Positions 5,776 to 12,592 of a stretch of DNA of 12,592 nucleotides are shown piece by piece. Under the pieces are notes generated by a model. That model was not told the DNA's origin. It searched no databases and saw nothing but the letters and a program-made list of their open reading frames with translations. Made by a program: the position numbers and the translations under genes. The stretch comes from Candidatus Asbonarchaeum danakilense (GTDB lineage Archaea; Nanohalarchaeota; Nanosalinia; Nanosalinales; Nanoanaerosalinaceae), in the NCBI GenBank assembly GCA_034190465.1, contig JAXINV010000075.1:1-12592 (forward strand). Reading direction: 5' to 3'. Position 1 is the stretch's first letter, and each line of letters opens with the position of its first letter.

Positions 5776-6582
5776 ATGCGTCGCGCCACCGCGGGCCACT
5801 ACACCCACAGCGAACCCCGGCTCAGACAGCAGCTCGGCCAGCTGTTCCACGGGCTCCCCGATCCCGGGCTCGTTCCGCAGCTTGTTGTAGCGCCGCATGG
5901 CAGCCTCGACGCATCCGGCCAGGTCGCCGCCAAGGTGTACAACGCCATCGACTTCTCACAGTTCAGGAACGCCGTCGTACTCGGCGCCAAGCACCGTGAC
6001 ATCGGGCCCGACATCGCCGTCTCGCTCGAGCCGTGGGAGACACCGTTAGGCCGGACGGACATCGACCGCATGTTCACCGACCAGCTCGTCACCAAGGACC
6101 TGGCAGAGCAGTCGGAACAGGCGCACAGGCACGAGACATCGATCGAGATGCAGCTGCTGATGCTGCAGTACTGCTGGGACGACTTCGACCTGGCCCCCGT
6201 CCTGATCGACAACGAGGTCGATGATGACACGTTCAACGACCTGGTCGCAGGCATCAAGGACGCGCTCAACCCGTCAGACCTCCTCATCGTCGGCACTGAC
6301 CTGGTCAGGGCCGGCAGGAAGTACTACACCGTCGGGGATGACCACCCCGAGCAGGAGGTCGAACAGGCGGACAGACAGTTCATCGAGCTGCTCGACCGGC
6401 AGGACCAGGAGGATATCGGTGCGTTCGGCCGTGAGCACCATGTCTGCGGGTGGCGGCCGTTGCAGGCAGGCATGGCCGCCCGTGACCTCGACCTGTTCCA
6501 CCGGCTGGGGCATACTACAAGCTTTAAATCCGACAGCGACGAACGTACAATCACCGGCTACGGAGGCTTTTGTTACACATGA
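5776..6582 (+). CDS. MEMO1 family protein (AmmeMemoRadiSam protein B-like), divergent
   Basis: VAPHG..ASG, VVLGAKH, WETPLG, H..ExSIEMQL..LQ, GTD, VCG..P and terminal GY motifs. MEMO1 commonly follows rps2 in archaea. Confidence 0.88.
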   Translation: MRRATAGHYTHSEPRLRQQLGQLFHGLPDPGLVPQLVVAPHGSLDASGQVAAKVYNAIDFSQFRNAVVLGAKHRDIGPDIAVSLEPWETPLGRTDIDRMFTDQLVTKDLAEQSEQAHRHETSIEMQLLMLQYCWDDFDLAPVLIDNEVDDDTFNDLVAGIKDALNPSDLLIVGTDLVRAGRKYYTVGDDHPEQEVEQADRQFIELLDRQDQEDIGAFGREHHVCGWRPLQAGMAARDLDLFHRLGHTTSFKSDSDERTITGYGGFCYT

Positions 6583-8999
6583 AACAGTGGCTCGGCGCTG
6601 TCCTCATCGCATCCGTCCTGCTCGCCGGCTGCGTCGGCAACGGCGGGAACGGCGGCGACCAGTTCGCGGAGCGTAACATCACCAAGGACGACATCTTCGA
6701 GATGGTCAAGGACCAGGCCGACGTCTACGACTACATCCAGCGCCAGCGCAATCCCAAGGCCGGCACCAACTTCTGGGCGTGGAGCGCCATCCAGCGGCTC
6801 GGCACCAACTTCACCTGCTATCCGCAGCTGGAGCAGGGCAGCAACTACTTCCGTGTCACCATCTTCGGCAACACCTCCGTCATGGATGTCTGGATGGAGG
6901 CCGACAGCTACAGGATACACTGCGCCAAGGTCCTCGGCCGTGAGGAAGCCATCGAGCAGGGTATCCACCCGGACCAGACCGACAAGGATCCGATCAGCAA
7001 GGAACGGGACGACGATGACAACGATCAGGACGGGACCAACAACACCGGCAACGGGACGACGGGTAGTGATCTCAGTCTCTCCATCACCGGGTACGGCCCT
7101 ACCGCGACAGGTCACCTCGTCTACGTCGCAGTCAGCTCCGGCCTGTCCAGCACCGTCCAGACCACGCTCGAGTACGGGTCGAACTCGCGTTCCATCCAGG
7201 TCAGCCCCGGTGACAACACCTACTCCATCGAGACCACACAGACAGGTGACGTGACGTTCACACTCACCTACCAGGACAGCGACACCTCCAACAACGCCGA
7301 CACAGTCACCTTACAGGACGACAGCACGCAGAACGACACCAACAACGGCAACGGCGGGACGACGAACGACACCGACAGCAACACCACCGACGGCACCGAG
7401 GTCACCTACAACTTCTGGATGGACGCGTTCACCATCTACCCCGACGACCCGAACCAGGGCGACGATGTGGACTTCGGGATCAGGATCAACTCCACCCGGT
7501 TCAAGAACTACGTCGACCTCGTCATCACGTCAGGTGCAGGGACGACCATCCGCTCGAAGCGCATCGCCGTCAACGGCACCCGGATCCTGACGATAACCTA
7601 TACCTACGACGGCGAGGACAGTTTCACCGCTACGCTCGACCCCGACAACGAGTACAACGAGACAGACGAGACAGACAACAGCAGGTCCGTCACCGTCTCC
7701 TCCGGCGGCACCCAGGACGTCGCCGTCACCGGTGTCAGGACCGATCCCGCCGATCCACACAACCAGGAGAACATCAGCCTGATCGCCGACCTGTCCAGCG
7801 ACGGCTACAACGGCGACGTGACCGTCACCTTCAGCTGGGACGGCAGCCAGGTCGGGTCGAAGACCATCTCCATCTCCTCCGGTGTCAGCACCAGCGTCTC
7901 CGTCCACAAGGTCGTCAGCTCTGGCTCCCACGACCTTACAGCATCGATCAGCCTGTCCGACGGGAACACAGACAACAACCAGGCATCGAAGGCCGTCGAC
8001 GTGGCCGACTACACCACGTTCAACGTCAACTGGGAGCGGAACATCGGCTACCCGGCGCTCAACCTGATACATGACAGCGGCACGCTGTACACGCTGGCCG
8101 CCGGCATCGTCTTCGCGCTCGATGCCAACAGCGGGGACACTAAGTGGCGGAAGGACGTTGGCCACAACGTCGAGAGCCCGCTCTCACCGATCATGGGCAA
8201 CGGCTTCCTGTTCTACGGCGAGAACGCCGGCAACCAGGCCGTCGGGTTCAGCATCTCCTCGCAGAGCGTCGCATGGACCTACAAGACCGGGTACTCTGTC
8301 CGTTCCGGCGCCGCCTACGCCGATGGACGGGTCTTCATGGGATCGGACGACGGCTCGATGTACGCCTACGATGCCAGCAGCGGTGACGTGCTCTGGAGCA
8401 AGGGCGGCGGCGAGCTCCGTTCCAAGCCAGCAGTTAAGGGAAGCACCGTCTACCACGGCCAGTGGGATCCAGCGACCATCTACGCCCGCGACGTTTCCGG
8501 CGGCAGCCTGAAATGGTCCGTCGGCCTCAGCGGCAAGATTGAACGGTCCTCCCCCTACGTCGGCAGTTCCAACGTCTACGTCGGCACCACCGCAGGCACG
8601 ATGTACGCCATCAGCAGGAGTAGCCAGAGCGTCATCTGGCAGTTCGACGCCGGCAGCGAGATCACGTCCTCCCCGACCCTGGCAGACGGCAAGGTCGTGT
8701 TCGGTGGCAGTGGTGGCAAGGTCTATGCGGCCTGGGCGGCGAACGGCACCCAGGCATGGAGCTTCCAGACCTCAAGCACAGGGACAGTCACAGCCTCCCC
8801 CGCAGCGGCGAGCGACACCGTCTATATCGGCAGCCCGAACGGCGTCTTCTACGCGCTTGACATCGACACCGGGACGCGGAACTGCGAGTACGATACAGGG
8901 GCCGGATCCATCGTGACACGGCCGACGATCGTCGGAGATACTGTCTACACCAGCACACAGAGCGACAAGGTCTTCAGCTTCCAGACCTGCCCATCCTAG
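6579..8999 (+). CDS. Surface lipoprotein (806 aa): lipobox, N-terminal domain, D/N/T-rich linkers, Ig-like/CARDB domains and a C-terminal PQQ-like (BamB-type) beta-propeller
   Basis: ATG 6579 overlaps the MEMO1 stop (ATGA), with GGAGG at 6562-6566. Signal peptide MKQWLGAVLIASVLLAG-C. CARDB signature ATLDPDNEYNETDETDN. Repeated (Y/F)A.D..SG...W blades from about 8010 to the end. Confidence 0.85.
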   Translation: MKQWLGAVLIASVLLAGCVGNGGNGGDQFAERNITKDDIFEMVKDQADVYDYIQRQRNPKAGTNFWAWSAIQRLGTNFTCYPQLEQGSNYFRVTIFGNTSVMDVWMEADSYRIHCAKVLGREEAIEQGIHPDQTDKDPISKERDDDDNDQDGTNNTGNGTTGSDLSLSITGYGPTATGHLVYVAVSSGLSSTVQTTLEYGSNSRSIQVSPGDNTYSIETTQTGDVTFTLTYQDSDTSNNADTVTLQDDSTQNDTNNGNGGTTNDTDSNTTDGTEVTYNFWMDAFTIYPDDPNQGDDVDFGIRINSTRFKNYVDLVITSGAGTTIRSKRIAVNGTRILTITYTYDGEDSFTATLDPDNEYNETDETDNSRSVTVSSGGTQDVAVTGVRTDPADPHNQENISLIADLSSDGYNGDVTVTFSWDGSQVGSKTISISSGVSTSVSVHKVVSSGSHDLTASISLSDGNTDNNQASKAVDVADYTTFNVNWERNIGYPALNLIHDSGTLYTLAAGIVFALDANSGDTKWRKDVGHNVESPLSPIMGNGFLFYGENAGNQAVGFSISSQSVAWTYKTGYSVRSGAAYADGRVFMGSDDGSMYAYDASSGDVLWSKGGGELRSKPAVKGSTVYHGQWDPATIYARDVSGGSLKWSVGLSGKIERSSPYVGSSNVYVGTTAGTMYAISRSSQSVIWQFDAGSEITSSPTLADGKVVFGGSGGKVYAAWAANGTQAWSFQTSSTGTVTASPAAASDTVYIGSPNGVFYALDIDTGTRNCEYDTGAGSIVTRPTIVGDTVYTSTQSDKVFSFQTCPS

Positions 9000-9030
9000 C
9001 GCCATCCTCGGGCCGACCGCGGTGCAGACC

Positions 9031-9044
9031 GGTAAACCTTTAAA
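9031..9044 (+). promoter_or_regulatory. BRE/TATA-like promoter (GGTAAA-CC-TTTAAA) for the three-gene surface operon
   Basis: TTTAAA at 9039-9044, 30 nt before ATG 9069, preceded by a purine-rich BRE-like stretch. Confidence 0.6.
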
Positions 9045-9068
9045 CCGACGACCCCAACAAGAACCCAG

Positions 9069-10262
9069 ATGTCGATCAAGAAACTGCTCTACGCAGCCAC
9101 CATCGTGCTCCTGCTCGCATCGAGCGGGACAGCACTCCGTTTCTACTCGCTTGACACCGGAAGATCGACATACGAACCCGGGGAGACAGTCAGGATCTCA
9201 GCACAGCTCGTCAACGGCGAACAGCCACGCGCCGACCATCAGATCGAATTCGCCATCGCGTACAGCCCCATCTACAACAAGAACCGGGCGATGGATGGCG
9301 AGACCATCCAGGTCCAGCGACATATCCCGATCGAATTCACACCAGGCGAGACCAGGTACCTGAACCACACCTGGCAGCTGTCCGACAACGCAGCTCCCGG
9401 CAGCTACAAGATATACTACTTCGTCCGTGACGCGAACGAGAACACGGTCGTCGTCAACACCGCACGGTTCAACGTCTCATACGCCGGGCAGGAAATCCGC
9501 GCGATCCTGATGGACGACCTCCTCTTCCACCAAGGTAATTCCATCGGGTACAGCCTCGAGGGGCTGCGTGTCACACCGAACAAGACGGCCAACACCACGA
9601 TGATGGTCACCAACGTCGGCAACGTCGAGCTCGACATCACGATGACGATGGATATGCAGTACAGCTTTGACCGGACACAGAGCGCGTTCAACATGACAGA
9701 GCAGGTAACGATCGCGCCGAACCAGACAGAGAAGGTCGTCTTCGAGTTCATGCCGCCCGACGAACCGACCTCGTACACCCCCGTCTTCACCGCGTACGAC
9801 AGCCAGGGCACCTTCCTCGGACAGACCCATGGCCGGCTCGTCGTCCGGGGGAACAGCGGCCGCATCCTGAACGCAGGCATCGGGAAGCTCGGCTATGCCG
9901 GCGGCCAGCCTATCACCCTGACGGCCGAGCTCATCGGCCCCGCCGATTACAGCGGCACCATCCAGGACGCCACCCTCAACTACACCGTGGAAGACAGTCA
10001 GGGCGTCCTGATACAGGGTGAGCGGACCGTCGACATCGGCGGGCAGATCACGGATGTAAAGATACAGGAAGAGGCACCGCGGGCGTTCGCCAACCCGAAC
10101 GTCACCATGGTGCTGCACAAGAACGGCAACGTCTACGACAGATACCATGTCAGCTACACCGGCGGCGAAGTACCCGAAACCGGGCTCGACCTGCGGATCA
10201 TCGCCGGGATCGTCGTCCTCGTCCTCGCAGCAGGACTCCTCGTCTGGAGGTGGCGCTCATGA
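9069..10262 (+). CDS. Secreted, C-terminally anchored protein (397 aa) with about three Ig-like beta-sandwich domains
   Basis: N-terminal signal peptide and beta-rich segments (YEPGETVRISAQL, PGSYKIYY, VTNVGNV, YAGGQPITLTAEL). Eight N-X-S/T sequons by manual count. Ends VPETG, then a hydrophobic helix, then WRWRS. Confidence 0.8.
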   Translation: MSIKKLLYAATIVLLLASSGTALRFYSLDTGRSTYEPGETVRISAQLVNGEQPRADHQIEFAIAYSPIYNKNRAMDGETIQVQRHIPIEFTPGETRYLNHTWQLSDNAAPGSYKIYYFVRDANENTVVVNTARFNVSYAGQEIRAILMDDLLFHQGNSIGYSLEGLRVTPNKTANTTMMVTNVGNVELDITMTMDMQYSFDRTQSAFNMTEQVTIAPNQTEKVVFEFMPPDEPTSYTPVFTAYDSQGTFLGQTHGRLVVRGNSGRILNAGIGKLGYAGGQPITLTAELIGPADYSGTIQDATLNYTVEDSQGVLIQGERTVDIGGQITDVKIQEEAPRAFANPNVTMVLHKNGNVYDRYHVSYTGGEVPETGLDLRIIAGIVVLVLAAGLLVWRWRS

Positions 10263-11572
10263 GATTCGGCAAGACACTCCTCATCATCACGGTAGTGGCA
10301 GCATCCATAAGCCTGGGCGCAGCAGCTCCTGTCGACCAGGTTTCCTGCAACAGCTACACATTGCATGACATCGATGCCAGTTCGATAACGTATTCAGACG
10401 ATCCTAACAACAATAAAAACCTGGAAAGATACATGAGCCCGCGGGAAGAGGTCTCGCTCGAGTTCGAGTACAACCTCCCTGCCTGCGACAACTCCGCCGA
10501 CCACTCCCGGCACGTCGTCAGGTTCTACGACGGACAGGGACGGTACCTCGGCAAGAAGGTCGACCTGCAGATGAAGCAGGGCAACTGGGACAGCTACACC
10601 ACGTACAACGTCCCCATCACCATCCCCGAGTTCAACACCTCCACCGTCCGGGTCGTGGTCGATATCTACTCCAACTCCGTCCACGGCTCCGACGTCTGGC
10701 ATGAACAGAACATCGAGCGGGCGTACGACAAGGTCATCACCGACACCGTGCCCGAGGCCGGAGACCGGCTCAACCTCGACAAGCTTCCCGTCGGCCAGGA
10801 CAATATCCAGATGCTGAAGGACGCGCAGACGACCAGCAACTTCTGGGGCGACTGCGCCAACATCGCGCGGTCGATCAACAACAACTCATACGTCACCAAC
10901 CCCGGCATGCCCGGCCTCCACATCTCACGGGACAACTGGTACATGGACTCCGGTGGCGGCCACCCATGCTACATCTTCTCCGCCTACGAGCAGGCACGGG
11001 CGATGTACAACTGGTTCAAGGTCATCGACTACAACAGCCAGAACGACAACAAGATCGGCAAGGCCGGTGCCTGCGGACCCAACCCGAACCGGCAGCACAA
11101 CGGTGCCGGCTACTCGACCGGCCACTCCCGAACGTTCAAGCGCGCCTGCCCGGACTACAACGGCGAATGGGTCGCTTCAGGGGACAACGTTGCCTGTGAC
11201 GACGGGTCACGTATGCAGGCAAGCAACCACGACGGTGAGATCATCACCATCGACCGGAACGGGAAGACCACCCACTATGTCTCCGACGGCTCGAATTGGA
11301 TCCCGGAGACCGCCTCCGACAGCAGCCAGAACGCCTGTCAGGCATTCATCGATGCACAGGGCAAGGGCAACTGGGCCGACAGCGGCGAAATCGTCGCCGA
11401 GGCATCCGGCGTCGCCGGTGCACGCTGCAACCTGGAGCTGACGCAGGACAAGTTCATCGTCGGGAAGACCCTGTACCGGAGCGGCGAGAAGGTGGACTGC
11501 ACCTCGCCGACCGGCGTCCAGGAATCAGTGACCATCAAAGGGACAACCTACTACTGCAAGGGCATCTCCTGA
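10259..11572 (+). CDS. Secreted hypothetical protein (437 aa, 11 Cys), no membrane anchor
   Basis: ATG 10259 overlaps the upstream stop (ATGA), with SD GGAGGTG at 10246-10252. Signal peptide MRFGKTLLIITVVAASISLGAAA. No recognisable family. Confidence 0.78.
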   Translation: MRFGKTLLIITVVAASISLGAAAPVDQVSCNSYTLHDIDASSITYSDDPNNNKNLERYMSPREEVSLEFEYNLPACDNSADHSRHVVRFYDGQGRYLGKKVDLQMKQGNWDSYTTYNVPITIPEFNTSTVRVVVDIYSNSVHGSDVWHEQNIERAYDKVITDTVPEAGDRLNLDKLPVGQDNIQMLKDAQTTSNFWGDCANIARSINNNSYVTNPGMPGLHISRDNWYMDSGGGHPCYIFSAYEQARAMYNWFKVIDYNSQNDNKIGKAGACGPNPNRQHNGAGYSTGHSRTFKRACPDYNGEWVASGDNVACDDGSRMQASNHDGEIITIDRNGKTTHYVSDGSNWIPETASDSSQNACQAFIDAQGKGNWADSGEIVAEASGVAGARCNLELTQDKFIVGKTLYRSGEKVDCTSPTGVQESVTIKGTTYYCKGIS

Positions 11573-11588
11573 CAGCGAGGAACCAATC

Positions 11589-12536
11589 ATGCAAGCAATC
11601 AAATACGGGCTCATCGTCCTTTCACTCTTGATGATCGCCCCTGCAGCCACCAGTGCTGCGCCATCGGAGTACACGTGGAGTACAGACCCTTCGTCCGGCA
11701 GCGTCCAGGACGGCTTCTGCTACCAGGGCGTGCCCCCTGACAAGGACATCGACTGTGCCGGCGTCAACAAATGGTGTGATTCACGCAGCACCAACCAGGC
11801 CTGCGACGAATCAGGTGACACCTGGCTGTGCAACAACGGCGAATGGGCCTGTGACAACGGCGAACGGAAGGAACCCAACAACGTGAGTGCCTGTACCTCC
11901 ATCCAGCTCAAAGCTCCCGGCTGCTACTCCGCGTTCAGCGGTACATACAGGTGTTACAGCGACGGAAAAACACGGTGGTCCGCCCTGAAACCCGGCGGCT
12001 GCTCATGTCAGAACGACTATGAATGTACCAGTGGCCTCTGCCAGTCAGGAGCATGTATCTCCTACGTAGCTCCCAGTATATCATTCAGTCCCACGATCCA
12101 GAGCCTGACCCTCGGGATCGACGAAGAACAGACCATCAACATCAGGATAGGTAACGATATGGCCCGTAAAGACACCATCAACGTCAGTCTGGGAGGCCGG
12201 GCCGTGACGGAGGGACTCATCGCGTGGGACATCACAGAGAGCTCCGGCGTCAGCTGCAACGACGACGAGACCAGGTGTCAAGTAAACGTGGATGGTAAGA
12301 GTTCCACCGTCATGTCTGTCTCTCTGGTCGGTGCAGCCTGTACCACAGACAGCTGCACAGGCGAGCTCGCAGTCACTGCCGTTTCCTCGGTCTCCCGGCT
12401 TGAGACGACGGACAGCATCCCGGTTCAGATCCAGGCCGTCAAGGACGGGAAGACCGTGCAGGCACCTGGCATGACTCTCGTCTATCTCCTCGTCCTGCTT
12501 GGACTGGCAGGCGCATACAGCTTCTGGCAGCAGTGA
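11589..12536 (+). CDS. Secreted Cys-rich protein (315 aa, 18 Cys) with an Ig-like domain and a C-terminal APGM + transmembrane anchor
   Basis: Signal peptide, 14 Cys in the N-terminal ~115-aa domain, a beta-rich domain with two further Cys pairs, and the C-terminus QAPGMTLVYLLVLLGLAGAYSFWQQ. GAGG at 11577-11580. Confidence 0.8.
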   Translation: MQAIKYGLIVLSLLMIAPAATSAAPSEYTWSTDPSSGSVQDGFCYQGVPPDKDIDCAGVNKWCDSRSTNQACDESGDTWLCNNGEWACDNGERKEPNNVSACTSIQLKAPGCYSAFSGTYRCYSDGKTRWSALKPGGCSCQNDYECTSGLCQSGACISYVAPSISFSPTIQSLTLGIDEEQTINIRIGNDMARKDTINVSLGGRAVTEGLIAWDITESSGVSCNDDETRCQVNVDGKSSTVMSVSLVGAACTTDSCTGELAVTAVSSVSRLETTDSIPVQIQAVKDGKTVQAPGMTLVYLLVLLGLAGAYSFWQQ

Positions 12537-12545
12537 CGAGCAAAG

Positions 12546-12557
12546 AAATTTTTTATA
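12546..12557 (+). promoter_or_regulatory. AT-rich element (AAATTTTTTATA): terminator T-tract and/or TATA box for a gene possibly starting at GTG 12580
   Basis: Follows the stop at 12536. TTTATA lies 28 nt before GTG 12580, with AAGGAG at 12572-12577. The window ends before an ORF can be verified. Confidence 0.4.
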
Positions 12558-12592
12558 CCGGTGCACGAAACAAGGAGACGTGCGTACAGCGA

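Noticed and set aside
1227..6554. Many long - strand and off-frame ORFs (e.g. 1227-1901, 1995-2714, 3215-3817, 4211-4891, 5005-5766)
   Set aside because: All overlap confidently identified housekeeping genes and have shadow-type composition (V/L/D/G or S/R/T-rich) with no motifs.
6570..6578. ORF-track start at TTG 6570 (and likewise GTG 10250 for the 437-aa gene)
   Set aside because: ATG 6579 and ATG 10259 give ATGA stop-start overlaps, upstream SD-like elements and clean signal peptides.
8010..8999. PQQ-dependent dehydrogenase
   Set aside because: Only the structural Trp-docking propeller repeats are visible. The domain is about 330 aa, and I see no quinoprotein catalytic features such as the vicinal Cys-Cys.
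12580..12592. Start of a further CDS at GTG 12580
   Set aside because: Only four codons lie inside the window, which is not enough to support a feature.

Overview
GC-rich archaeal DNA with strongly acidic cytoplasmic proteins. By inference it is a halophilic archaeon, probably a reduced DPANN/Nanohaloarchaeota-like genome. Bases 434-6582 are housekeeping genes on the + strand, formed by two conserved archaeal clusters joined end to end: GINS-rpl44e-rps27e-aIF2alpha-nop10-PAC2 and rpoK-enolase-rps2-MEMO1-like. Bases 6579-12536 encode four secreted or cell-surface proteins: a CARDB + PQQ-type beta-propeller lipoprotein, an Ig-like protein with a VPETG-TM tail, a Cys-containing secreted protein, and a Cys-rich protein with an APGM-TM tail. 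They sit where isoprenoid genes often follow in other archaea. The best novelty candidate is the small divergent gene at 4-342. It reads like a stand-alone PAN/Rpt-type OB domain without an ATPase, and it ends in the same Gln-rich ...NYIG C-terminus as the nearby PAC2 proteasome chaperone. This suggests, untested, an ATP-independent proteasome partner. I saw no RNA genes, CRISPR arrays or mobile elements. All family calls come from reading motifs by eye, not from database searches.
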